Counted from the whole stretch's first letter, positions 28,711-38,165 are shown. The stretch: 59,284 nt of DNA, filler included, from 2 parts of 2 records of this genome joined end to end with filler, not necessarily neighbours in it, one strand, 5' to 3'. Notes: generated by a model not told the origin, from the sequence alone. Numbers and translations are program-made.

Positions 28711-30324
28711 ATGACGGCAGACGTCAGCGATACGGCGGTAGAGATATATAAGGACGCAACATGCTTGCCTGTTTTTTGTCCTGTCCCTCGAAGGCCCGGA
28801 AAAGGTGGGGTATTCGACAAGGAGAAGCGGCTCATCCGCTCAACTCTGTTATTGCGCCACAATTTCCCGTCGGGGGTAAAACCTGTTGACCGGCCTGATC
28901 TCGAGCATGATCCGGCAGTGAAAACCGAGCGGATCGTGCGAGAGGGCACGATAGGGGAAACTGAAAGCTGGCTTAAAGGCCGGTATATATTTGGCGGCTA
29001 TTTCTTCTATCACTACGGTCATTTCCTTTTGGAGACCCTGACGCGCCTTTGGTATTTTAAACAGTTCCCTGACGTTCCCGTGATTTGGATTTCTTTTGAG
29101 GGCGACGACTTTGCTGACTGGCATGTGGACCTTATTCGGCAATTGGGCGCAACCAATGAAATAATTTGCCTCAAACATCAAACAGAGGTGGAAAGCCTGG
29201 CTATTCCTGAGCCAGGCTATGTCATCTCAAGCCGGTATTGGGACTGTCAGGTTGATGCTTTGGCTATGGTGCGAGGCTATGCGCCCAAGGCAGGCAAGAA
29301 GGTATGGCTGTCGCGCAGTAGCCTGAAGAAGGGCGTTATACTTAACGAATCGCTTCTAGAGGAATGTCTGACTGCGTCAGGGTGGACGATCTATCAGCCG
29401 GAAGCCCATTCTATCGCAGACCAGGTCAAAATGTTGGCTGACGCAGAAGAGATCGCGGGTATTGAGGGATCGGCACTGCATACACTTGTGCTGATGCCGG
29501 ATTACCGGGGGCGGGTCAACATATTCGACCGTGTGCATGTATCAGACTTCGAAATGATTGCAGATAAACTGGGCGTGTCGCAACGCATGATACAAGTGCA
29601 GCGTATGTCGCTGCATATCATTGCCAACACCTGGCCGAATGAAATCAACAGTTGGTGGAAAGACCTTGATGAGGTGCTTGGCCACCTTGATGTTGTTCGC
29701 CCGAGCTATGCAGGGCAAGCTATCGATCAACGGCTGGCGGCAATAACAGGGTCCGTTGCCAAGTATTTTGGCGCCAAGAATTGTATGGAGCTTTGGCCGG
29801 AACATAACACTGCCGCAGCAGGCCTTGCGGGATTGCAGCGATACTTGATCACCAATCGGGCGCGATTCGATGTTGCCGCTGCGAAACAGTCTGGTGTTAA
29901 TCATTTTGATGTTCGGCCTGATGTCTTCTTCGCGACAGCCTGTCTTCGTGCGCCAATCGACCTGTTTGTTTTTCGGGCAGCAGATGAGGGCGACAATGTA
30001 GAGCAGACTTTTTACGGAAGTCTGGACGTTAGCCACGTCAATTCGCTTTGGATCATGGATATCCCTGTCGAAGATGCTGCGGTACGGAAGCCGTTTGAGC
30101 GGATAATGAACAGCAACCCGGCGCTTAGCGCGGCGCGCATTCAGGGATCTAGCTATATATTGCTATGGCGGGCTATACGTTCCTTGGCTGTTACCAGTCT
30201 TGAATGGCTACGGCGTCAGGACCTGGGCCAAGGCGCCAAATGGGAGCTGCCGACCATGTCCCTCAACGATGTAGCCAAGCAGATAGAGATGGATCGCAAG
30301 AAAAACCGCTCAAATGCACTCTAA
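28711..30324 (+). CDS. Glycosyltransferase family 61 protein with C-terminal degenerate methyltransferase-like domain
   Basis: HYGHFLLETLTRLW, WLSR, NE..LE, PE..SI.DQV and GSALHT GT61 motifs. Confidence 0.82.
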   Translation: MTADVSDTAVEIYKDATCLPVFCPVPRRPGKGGVFDKEKRLIRSTLLLRHNFPSGVKPVDRPDLEHDPAVKTERIVREGTIGETESWLKGRYIFGGYFFYHYGHFLLETLTRLWYFKQFPDVPVIWISFEGDDFADWHVDLIRQLGATNEIICLKHQTEVESLAIPEPGYVISSRYWDCQVDALAMVRGYAPKAGKKVWLSRSSLKKGVILNESLLEECLTASGWTIYQPEAHSIADQVKMLADAEEIAGIEGSALHTLVLMPDYRGRVNIFDRVHVSDFEMIADKLGVSQRMIQVQRMSLHIIANTWPNEINSWWKDLDEVLGHLDVVRPSYAGQAIDQRLAAITGSVAKYFGAKNCMELWPEHNTAAAGLAGLQRYLITNRARFDVAAAKQSGVNHFDVRPDVFFATACLRAPIDLFVFRAADEGDNVEQTFYGSLDVSHVNSLWIMDIPVEDAAVRKPFERIMNSNPALSAARIQGSSYILLWRAIRSLAVTSLEWLRRQDLGQGAKWELPTMSLNDVAKQIEMDRKKNRSNAL

Positions 30325-30720
30325 TGTTCGATTCGGATAAATGGGTCGCGAGCGTCCGGCGGAGATACCAATATTAGCTAAAGTATTCTAGCCTTGAGCC
30401 GAGTTTAAGGCTACCTCTTCTTGCGCTATGTATTATAAAGGCTATGCCGCGTCGCATGAAGGTCCTTAAGCGTACGATTTGCGGGCATTTGACTACTTCA
30501 AAACTGCCCAATCAATGATTGATGGGGAATTGCTGTACTAGGCGGCTTGCAAGCACGAATTCTCTATGCTAGAGGGAGCACGCATTTCGGCTGGCCATTG
30601 CCGTGAGGGGTATGAATTTCATACCAATCAAAACCGGCCAAAATTGAGCGTAGGTGAGCCAATACTCGGCCATCTGCAAAGGTTCAACAGGTTCAGACCT
30701 AACCTAGGGGAACGTCTGAC

Positions 30721-31281
30721 GTGACCTCGCACAAAGCGATAGTCTCTGGGATTTCCGGCCGCTATGCGGTAGCGCTTTTTGACCTCGCCATTGAGGAAAA
30801 GGCGCTCGATGCTGTCGAATCCGATCTCTCCAAGCTGAAAGCGATGATAGAAGATAGCGCGGACCTGCGTGATCTGGTGTCGTCGCCTCTCTTCAGCCGG
30901 GAACAACAGTCAAAAGGCATTATCAGTGTTGCGCAAGCCGCAAAGCTGAATGTGATGACTGAGAAATTCCTCGGCGTGCTCGCGGCGAATCGCCGCCTCG
31001 GCGCACTTGGTGCTATCATTTCTTCCTTTGAGAAGCTTCTCGCGCATCATCGCGGTGAAGTACGGGCAGAAGTTGTCAGCGCGCGCAAGCTCACGAAGAA
31101 ACAGCTCGGTGATCTTGAGAAGAAATTGAAACTGGCTGTCGGCCATGACGTGGCCATCGACGCTTCTGTTGATGAAACACTGCTCGGCGGTCTGACTGTA
31201 CAGGTTGGCTCCCGCATGGTGGATGACAGCCTTAAAACGAAACTCGATAACCTCGCAATCGCCATGAAAGGGGTTCAGTGA
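30721..31281 (+). CDS. atpH: ATP synthase F1 delta subunit
   Basis: [34 protein letters not shown] motifs. Confidence 0.96.
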   Translation: MTSHKAIVSGISGRYAVALFDLAIEEKALDAVESDLSKLKAMIEDSADLRDLVSSPLFSREQQSKGIISVAQAAKLNVMTEKFLGVLAANRRLGALGAIISSFEKLLAHHRGEVRAEVVSARKLTKKQLGDLEKKLKLAVGHDVAIDASVDETLLGGLTVQVGSRMVDDSLKTKLDNLAIAMKGVQ

Positions 31282-31785
31282 TGGATATCCGTGCAGCGGA
31301 AATTTCCAAGGTCCTGAAGGACCAGATCGCAAATTTCGGCAATGAAGCTGAAGTTTCTGAAGTTGGTACCGTTCTCTCAGTGGGTGACGGTATTGCTCGT
31401 GTATACGGCCTCGACCAAGTGCAAGCTGGTGAGATGGTTGAATTCCCGGGCGGCGTTAAGGGTATGGCCCTGAACCTCGAAAGCGACAACGTCGGTATCG
31501 TTATTTTTGGTAACGACCGCGGCATTAAAGAAGGCGACACCGTTAAACGGACCGGCGCCATCGTTGACGTGCCTGTTGGTAAAGGTCTGCTGGGTCGCGT
31601 TGTTGACGCGCTCGGTAACCCGATCGATGGCAAAGGCCCTCTGAAGGACGTTCAGCGTCAGCGCGTTGAAACAAAGGCGCCGGGTATTATCCCACGTCAA
31701 TCGGTTTCTGAGCCTATGCAGTCTGGCCTGAAGGCTATTGATGCGCTCGTACCCGTTGGCCGTGGCCAGCGCGAGCTGATCATTG
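31281..31785 (+). CDS. atpA: ATP synthase F1 alpha subunit, N-terminal fragment truncated at contig end
   Basis: [41 protein letters not shown] then Ns. Confidence 0.97.
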
Positions 31786-31885
31786 NNNNNNNNNNNNNNN
31801 NNNNNNNNNNNNNNNNNNNNNNNNNNNNNTTAATTAATTAANNNNNNNNNNNNNNNNNNNNNNNNNNNNNNNNNNNNNNNNNNNN
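31786..31885. other. Artificial contig-joining linker
   Basis: 44 N + TTAATTAATTAA (stops in all six frames) + 44 N; composition and gene content change abruptly across it. Confidence 0.97.
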
Positions 31886-31954
31886 ACCAGTCTGGACGTG
31901 CAGTTTATTGAGAGTTTCGCTCTAGCGCACTGCCCTGAAAAACAGCTCGAAGGC

Positions 31955-32012
31955 GAGCAAGAGCGCGGCGAGGCGGACCACTCGGGTGGTCCGCCTCGCC
32001 GCGCTCTTGCTC
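31955..32012. repeat. 27-bp perfect inverted repeat (terminator or REP-like hairpin)
   Basis: GAGCAAGAGCGCGGCGAGGCGGACCAC-TCGG-GTGGTCCGCCTCGCCGCGCTCTTGCTC followed by TTTGTTT. Confidence 0.85.
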
Positions 32013-32025
32013 TTTGTTTGGATGC

Positions 32026-32484
32026 TTACCTGGCTGGCGCAGGCACCACCGCGAAGCTGATCAGCGGGACCCGCTTGCGATGGATCTCGAACCCGACCCA
32101 ACGCCGCGCATCCGCAGAGCGTTGGTCCAGGTGCTGCTCGATAGCAGCGAGGTCGATCACCTCGCCATCTTCAGGTGCTCTCGTCATCAACGTCGCGCGG
32201 AAGTGATCGGTGTCGGGGAATGGCTCGACATCGACCAGCGTCAGGTCCGCGATTTGTTCGTCGTCCTGCTCTCTGAGCCAGAAAACAAGCGCCTCTGTGA
32301 CTTGTGTTCGAAGTTGTGCTCGCTTGCGAAAGTGCGGCGAGGCGCGACCTGCTCGCTGCCTCTCTCGCCGCTTCTTGCTCTCGCGGTATTGCTCGCGAGG
32401 ATCGACGCCGTCGCCCTCGTGCAGCGTATCGCACACTTCACCGATGAGACGCAGCAGCGTCCCCTTTTCGTTCGAATTGTTCAC
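32026..32484 (-). CDS. RbfA-like (ribosome-binding factor A fold) paralogue
   Basis: R..QL..QV.EAL...D..IADLTLVDVEPFPD...R.WVGFEIHRKRVPLISF mirrors RbfA D.R...VT..V..S.D...LR.TP.L.F; N-terminal extension with C...GDGVDPRE. Confidence 0.7.
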   Translation of the reverse strand: MNNSNEKGTLLRLIGEVCDTLHEGDGVDPREQYRESKKRRERQRAGRASPHFRKRAQLRTQVTEALVFWLREQDDEQIADLTLVDVEPFPDTDHFRATLMTRAPEDGEVIDLAAIEQHLDQRSADARRWVGFEIHRKRVPLISFAVVPAPAR

Positions 32485-32517
32485 GTGGAAACTCCACTCG
32501 GAGGTTGGATCTTCTCT

Positions 32518-32550
32518 GGCGCTGAACTCTTTTGAAAAGAGTTCAGCGCC
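32518..32550. repeat. 16-bp perfect inverted repeat in the leader of the RbfA-like gene
   Basis: GGCGCTGAACTCTTTT-G-AAAAGAGTTCAGCGCC. Confidence 0.85.
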
Positions 32551-32610
32551 CGACAGGTCACAACTGGTGGAGCGCGGCCCTACTTGGCGTGAGGCGTCTT
32601 TATCACGACC

Positions 32611-32691
32611 TCATGCCAGGATGGCGTCGCGCGCCACCCTCATCGCAAGAGGGAGAGACGTGAAGTCGAATGCTGAGGTTGGAGTATGCAT
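32611..32691 (-). CDS. Putative 26-aa leader peptide (uORF) MHTPTSAFDFTSLPLAMRVARDAILA
   Basis: Manual translation; AAGGAGG SD 5 nt before ATG; lies upstream of the hairpins and the RbfA-like gene. Confidence 0.55.
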   Translation of the reverse strand: MHTPTSAFDFTSLPLAMRVARDAILA

Positions 32692-32833
32692 GATGGCCTC
32701 CTTGCCGTGGTCTTATCGCAGGTGTCACCGGGACATCGAGATATGCGGTAAACACGGCAGCGACGCGATTTATTCACAGGCAGCGGCGCACCTGTGGAAA
32801 ACCTCGCCAGCGGCTGGCTTTATGCACCGAAGC

Positions 32834-34159
32834 TTAGCTTCTGGTTTCGATAATAAGCGGGCCGGTTCCGAGCTCGTCTCCTTGCTGACCGAGTGAGATC
32901 GCGCGCTCCAGACGCGTCGTCGATCTCTTGAAGGAGGCCTCGTCTCGGTAGTGCATCGTCGCGATGGTTTCGCCCTTCTCGACGGCGTCGCCCACCTTCT
33001 TATGGAAGACAAGCCCGACCGCTGGATCGATCTCGTCCTCCTTGGTGCGTCGACCTGCGCCCAGATCGAGCGCGGCCATGCCGACCTCCGCGGTGTCCAT
33101 GGCAGTGATAATGCCAGCCTCAGATGCCGCGAAGGGAGCCTTGTGGGGCGCCTGAGCGAGCACCTCTTCGGGTGTGTCACAGACGCGAGGATCACCGCCG
33201 TGAACCTCGACGAGGTGGCGAAAGCGCGCGAGGGCGCGACCGCTGGCGAGGATCTCGCGAAGGCGTGCCTTGCAGCCATCGAAGTCTTCGCCAGGTTCGA
33301 ATGCATCGGCGAGCAAGACCATGTTGGCGACGAGCTCGATGGTGACATCGATCAGATCTTGTGGACCTTCTCCTGCGCGCATCACCTCGACGCACTCCTG
33401 GACCTCGAGCGCGTTGCCCACGGCCCAACCGAGCGGTTGATTCATGTCCGTGAGCACGGCGCGCACGGGCTTGTCGAGCTGTGCGCCGATCTCGATCATC
33501 GTGTCCGCCAGGACGCGAGCTTCATCCACATTGCGCATGAAGGCGCCCGAGCCGACCTTGATATCGAGGACCAAGGCGTCGATCCCCTCGGCCATCTTCT
33601 TGCTCATGATCGAGCTGGCGATGAGCGGGATGCAACGCACCGTCCCGGTCACATCGCGCAACGCGTAGAGCTTCTTATCTGCGGGCGCGATCTGGTCCGT
33701 CTGCCTGATCAGGCCGCACTCGTGCTCTTCGATAAGCTGGCGAAAGCGATCCGTGGAGGCGTCCATGTCGAAGCCAGGGATGCTGGTGAGCTTGTCGACG
33801 GTTCCGCCTGTATGCCCCAAGCCTCGGCCAGAAATCATGGGGACCTTGAGGCCCGCCTCGACCGCGAGCGGTGCGAGGATCAAGGACACCTTATCGCCCA
33901 CACCACCCGTGGAGTGCTTGTCGATCTTGGCGCCGGGAATGTCCGAAAAGTCGAGGACCTGACCTGACCGAAGCATCGCCATCGTCCACGTGCCCAGCTC
34001 TCGGGCAGTCATTCCGTTAAAGAACACCGCCATCAGGAACGCCGACATTTGATAATCGGTGACGTCCCCGTGTGTGTATCCCTTGACGAGTTGTTGCAAC
34101 GCCTCGTCGCTGAGTTCCTGGCCATCCCTCTTGGCGCGGATGATCTCCACCGTTTGCAT
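32834..34159 (-). CDS. pdp: Pyrimidine-nucleoside/thymidine phosphorylase
   Basis: DYQMSA, DKHSTGGVGDK, SGRGLGHTGGT, YALRDVT and SIMSKK motifs; start MQTVEIIRAKRDG. Confidence 0.95.
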   Translation of the reverse strand: MQTVEIIRAKRDGQELSDEALQQLVKGYTHGDVTDYQMSAFLMAVFFNGMTARELGTWTMAMLRSGQVLDFSDIPGAKIDKHSTGGVGDKVSLILAPLAVEAGLKVPMISGRGLGHTGGTVDKLTSIPGFDMDASTDRFRQLIEEHECGLIRQTDQIAPADKKLYALRDVTGTVRCIPLIASSIMSKKMAEGIDALVLDIKVGSGAFMRNVDEARVLADTMIEIGAQLDKPVRAVLTDMNQPLGWAVGNALEVQECVEVMRAGEGPQDLIDVTIELVANMVLLADAFEPGEDFDGCKARLREILASGRALARFRHLVEVHGGDPRVCDTPEEVLAQAPHKAPFAASEAGIITAMDTAEVGMAALDLGAGRRTKEDEIDPAVGLVFHKKVGDAVEKGETIATMHYRDEASFKRSTTRLERAISLGQQGDELGTGPLIIETRS

Positions 34160-34403
34160 TCGCTCCTCTCCTTGGAGGTGATCCACGGGCCGCGCAACAT
34201 CTTCATTCCGGTGTGCGACCACTGCTTGAAATCGACGCGCATTTAGAGTTCGCCGCGCCGCAAAAGAAGACCCTAGCACGAGGGGACCCACAAGCGAAGA
34301 ATCATGCGGCGAGAGCGCGAGGTCCAAGGAACATTCTCGCCGCAGAAGTGTCTCCTGATCGAATGCCTCCCTCCCCTCGATCTCACTGGCTGCTGGAAGG
34401 ACG

Positions 34404-35543
34404 ATGAGCCTGACCATAAAGACAACGCTGACGCTCTCGAGCGCCGCTCTGATCTGCGCGCTCGCGGTGATGCTCGCGCCCACACCCGCCAGCGCTTGCT
34501 CGCCGATCAGGGGCTACACGCGCCCGACAAACATCGAGCTCGTGCAGGTCGCCGACGCGATCGTCATCGCCAAGTCCAGGCGCCTGCTTCGCTCGAGCCG
34601 CGGAGACCAGATCATGTTGTCAGTGGAGGATGTCATCAAGGGGACGATTCCGGTCGGCGAGGAGCTCGTCGTGCGCGGGACGCACGCCGCGCATGTCGAG
34701 CCCGATGGGATCGTCGAGGACTTCTCACTCCCTCGCAAGGGCGCGTTCGCGGGAGGTTGCATCGCCTACAACTACAGCCTTTGGGGCAACTACCTGTTGT
34801 TTCTGCGGCGACTCGATGGAGGCGGCTGGGGCATCGCCGGTTATCCGTTCACGCGCGTGAACGAGCAGATCGCGGGTCATCGCGATGATTGGGAGGTCGC
34901 CGTTCGCCATTATCACGCAGCGCATCTGCTCCCGGATAAGGCGCGTGATGCGATGCTGCGCAAGCTCGCGAACATGGCCGAGGTGGGAGTCGATCCTGCG
35001 CGATATCCAAAGGCGATGGCGAGCGACATCGATGCACACTTCGCCACGCCGACCCAGTTCAAGCCTAGCAGCAAGCTGATCGCGATGTACGAGCAGCGCC
35101 AAAACCCCAAAGAACGACTCCGCATCCTGTGGGCGATCGCTCACAGCAAAGATCCCGAAGGGGTCGACTTTATGCGGGGGAAGCTCCATGGAGAGCTGAC
35201 CACGTTCGAGCTCGAGGCGCTGGCGGCGTACTTCTCCGAGGTCGAGGATCGCGAGGCGACCGAGAAGATGCTCGAGCTCACGCTCTCGATGGTACGCCGG
35301 GATTACAACACATACTCGTACTGGCGCGCGCTCTTCGTGCTTATCGACCACGCGAAGCCAGGGGATGAGGAGGCGATGCGCGAGATCTACGCGGGCGTGA
35401 ACGAGGAGGCCGCGGGCCGACTCGAGGTTTGGTTTCGGCGCATGGAATCAGCAGGTGCGACGGGCGCGCTCGAGCGCGCCCGAGAAGCGCGAGCGCGTCG
35501 ACAACAGCGAGACAAGGCGCACTCGGCCAAGGAGGCGCCATGA
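34404..35543 (+). CDS. Secreted hypothetical protein (N-terminal Cys, TIMP/OB-like domain; helical C-terminus)
   Basis: Signal peptide ending ASA|CS; ADAIVIA...V.DVIKG...GGC...YLLFL pattern. Confidence 0.7.
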   Translation: MSLTIKTTLTLSSAALICALAVMLAPTPASACSPIRGYTRPTNIELVQVADAIVIAKSRRLLRSSRGDQIMLSVEDVIKGTIPVGEELVVRGTHAAHVEPDGIVEDFSLPRKGAFAGGCIAYNYSLWGNYLLFLRRLDGGGWGIAGYPFTRVNEQIAGHRDDWEVAVRHYHAAHLLPDKARDAMLRKLANMAEVGVDPARYPKAMASDIDAHFATPTQFKPSSKLIAMYEQRQNPKERLRILWAIAHSKDPEGVDFMRGKLHGELTTFELEALAAYFSEVEDREATEKMLELTLSMVRRDYNTYSYWRALFVLIDHAKPGDEEAMREIYAGVNEEAAGRLEVWFRRMESAGATGALERAREARARRQQRDKAHSAKEAP

Positions 35544-36151
35544 GCATCCGAGTGATTCCGCTGGGCATCGATCCGATGAGGCTACAGACGGTGACGCGCG
35601 ATCCGAGGTCATTTGTCGAAGATCTCGAGGAGGACGAGCCCGCCTGGTTCGCTCGCGCGGACCGGAGTTATTTCTCGAGCGAGGAGGGATACAGCGCCAG
35701 GATGGCCTGCGCGCTGATGACAGGAGAGCGCCATGGCGAGCACCCGAGGTTCGAGGGGTCGTTTTTAAGGCTCGTCAGTCAACACGTCGGACAACGGCTC
35801 GAGAGCGGCTCCTGGCGCGATCAGGATGACGAGTTGCTGTTGTTGCTCTCGCGGTGGCTCCAGCTCGTCGATGCGCCGGAGCGTCTGGCGATGGAGACGC
35901 TCGTGCACGGACAAAGCTTTATCGCAGGGCTCGTCGCGGCGGGCGGGTGGTTCGAACCTGAAGAGGTCGACGAGGTCGATGGCTTCTTCCTCGAACTCGA
36001 CGAGGAGATGCGCCAGGAGGCGCTCGAAGAGCTCGACCTCTGGGACCCCTCGCTGTTGCGGAAGGCGTGCAACGAGCTCGAGGGGTGGTTTAGCGAGTGT
36101 TCATCGCGAGGTTGGGGGTTGATGCTGTTCGCTTCTTATGGCGATGAATAG
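35540..36151 (+). CDS. Acidic hypothetical protein
   Basis: ATGA overlap with upstream gene; GGAGG RBS; ends EL..WF..C..RGWGLMLF. Confidence 0.65.
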   Translation: MSIRVIPLGIDPMRLQTVTRDPRSFVEDLEEDEPAWFARADRSYFSSEEGYSARMACALMTGERHGEHPRFEGSFLRLVSQHVGQRLESGSWRDQDDELLLLLSRWLQLVDAPERLAMETLVHGQSFIAGLVAAGGWFEPEEVDEVDGFFLELDEEMRQEALEELDLWDPSLLRKACNELEGWFSECSSRGWGLMLFASYGDE

Positions 36152-36436
36152 CACCGAGAGCGATGCTTTCTACACAGTAACTCGTTTAACAAACACACCA
36201 TCTTTGTATTATACAACTAAAGGTTCCGATCTCGACTAAAACTTACCCGATACCACCAAACACCACATTTCATGCGCGTTTAACTTAACGCTCGTTACAA
36301 TTGTCAGCGAGGTCACCAGGCGTTAGCGTGGGGTGTTGCTTATCGGGCTGATCCTCTTTGTATGGATGTGGAGTGGGAAGAGGTGATGTGAGGATAGCCC
36401 GATGAATGTTTCCTGAGCGAAAGCGAGGAGTCTGTT

Positions 36437-37108
36437 TTGGCCCCATCAAGCCAGAAGAAAAAATCTTACCACCACGGGAACCTCAGAGAGTCGCTGATCG
36501 AAGCGGCGATCGAAATCATCGCCGAGCGGGGACGCTCGGAGTTCACATTAAGGGAGCTGGCGAAACGCCTGGGGGTCACACACGCGGCGACTTACCACCA
36601 CTTTAAAGACAAGGACGACCTGCTCTCGACAGTGGCCGAGCGCGGCTATCACGAGATGGGGGAGTACCTCGAGGCGGCGAGCGAGGATGGAGATCAAAAC
36701 CCGATCATGAAGATGCGGCGCATGGGCGCGGCCTACATCCGCTATGCCCATGAAAACCAAGCGTATTTTCGCGTGATGTTCGGTCAAAAATTCGCCGACA
36801 TCAACACCTACCCGGAGATGGAAAACGCCGGGATGGCGACCAAGAATATGATGGAGACGCTCGTCCGCGAGGGTCAGAAGGCGGGCATCTACAACACGGA
36901 AGCCAACGTCGAAGAGTTGATCGCCATCTCCTGGGCTGCCGTTCACGGCCTCGCGCTGCTGACCATCAACGGCTACTTCGAACATCTGCGCGAAGGGCTC
37001 GAGTTCGACGATTACGTCATGCGCATCTCGCGCCACCTCTTCACCGGCACGGGCTCGCCGCAAGCACAGGTCGCCGTCCGCGCCGCGAACAAGCAGCCAC
37101 CATCCTGA
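36437..37108 (+). CDS. TetR/AcrR family regulator with WHG C-terminal domain
   Basis: YHHGNLRESL, TLRELAKRLGVTHAATYHHFKDKDDLL and SWAAVHGLALL motifs; GAGGAG before TTG. Confidence 0.93.
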   Translation: MAPSSQKKKSYHHGNLRESLIEAAIEIIAERGRSEFTLRELAKRLGVTHAATYHHFKDKDDLLSTVAERGYHEMGEYLEAASEDGDQNPIMKMRRMGAAYIRYAHENQAYFRVMFGQKFADINTYPEMENAGMATKNMMETLVREGQKAGIYNTEANVEELIAISWAAVHGLALLTINGYFEHLREGLEFDDYVMRISRHLFTGTGSPQAQVAVRAANKQPPS

Positions 37109-37217
37109 GCGCGAGAGCGTTGGCCGCTCGAGATAAGATCGTTTAGATCCAGGCGCGGCGTTTGCCGTTCAACCTCCTTGTCGAAGGTCTTCATGACCTG
37201 TTCACGAGGAGGTTTTT

Positions 37218-38033
37218 TTGTTTCATCGACGCATCATGACCCTGTTCGCCGCGCTCACCGCCACAGTCTTTCTTGGCGGCTGCGCCTCGGATCAAGCCAG
37301 GCAACCCGCCGAGGTCCCCGACAACACGCCCACGCTCGAGGTCGCGACCTTCAACGTCAACTACGGCATGGCGCGCGACGCACAGACGCTCGCGGCGATC
37401 CCCGATGTGGACGTCGTGCTGTTGCAAGAAACTACCGAGGTGTGGGAGCGAAGCATCCGCGGCGAGCTCTCGGAGCGCTACCCGCACATGCTCTTCGAGC
37501 ACTGCTGCGGGGCTGGTGGCTTGGCGATCCTGTCCAAACAACCTATCGAATCGATCGCCTACATCCCCGCGCCCGAGCCAGGGTGGTTCCCCGCCTGGAT
37601 CGTTCAGGCCGAGACGGCCATCGGCAAGGTGCAGCTGCTCAACGTCCACCTGCGCCCTCCGGTCAACGATCAGGGGAGCTGGGTCAGGGGTTATTTCTCC
37701 ACGCCCGAGATCCGCATCACCGAGATGCGAGCCTACCACGAACACCTGGACAAAGACCTCCCCACGATCATCGCCGGTGACTTCAACGAGGGCGAAGATG
37801 GAAAGGTCATCGCGTTCCTTCGCGACGAGAACTTCGCGCCCGTCCTCCAGGACTACTCGCCAAGCGCAAAGACCTGGCGATGGCAGACATCCATGGGGAC
37901 GATCTCGACACAGCTCGACCACATCGTCTACGATCAAACCTCGCTCGAGCCGATCGAGGCGAAGGTCCTCGATCAGGGTTACTCGGATCACCTGCCTGTC
38001 GTCGCGCGCTTTCGCGCGCTCGAGCAGCGCTGA
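37218..38033 (+). CDS. Endonuclease/exonuclease/phosphatase family lipoprotein
   Basis: Lipobox LGGC; TFNV, LQE, NVHL, AGDFN, LDHI and SDHLPV motifs. Confidence 0.9.
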   Translation: MFHRRIMTLFAALTATVFLGGCASDQARQPAEVPDNTPTLEVATFNVNYGMARDAQTLAAIPDVDVVLLQETTEVWERSIRGELSERYPHMLFEHCCGAGGLAILSKQPIESIAYIPAPEPGWFPAWIVQAETAIGKVQLLNVHLRPPVNDQGSWVRGYFSTPEIRITEMRAYHEHLDKDLPTIIAGDFNEGEDGKVIAFLRDENFAPVLQDYSPSAKTWRWQTSMGTISTQLDHIVYDQTSLEPIEAKVLDQGYSDHLPVVARFRALEQR

Positions 38034-38145
38034 ACACCGACGTGACAGAACGAGCAGTCGGGGAAGTTGACCGACACCTGCAGAACGATCTATCCAGAGC
38101 CTGACGCGACGCCTTGACTGTCGCGAACATGCGCGGACGTTTGCG

Positions 38146-38165
38146 TTGTATGCGAATGCATACAA
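38146..38165. promoter_or_regulatory. Palindromic candidate operator upstream of the copper ATPase
   Basis: TTGTATGC-GAAT-GCATACAA in an AT-rich intergenic patch. Confidence 0.45.

Noticed and set aside
31278-31841. ORF-track atpA extended through the Ns to '...LIN*'
   Set aside because: The end comes from the artificial linker; atpA is cut by the contig end and is not a pseudogene.
36152-36436. AT-rich intergenic region with short dyad TAAC-GCTC-GTTA as a TetR operator or sRNA
   Set aside because: The dyad is too short to be significant; the region is consistent with an ordinary promoter.
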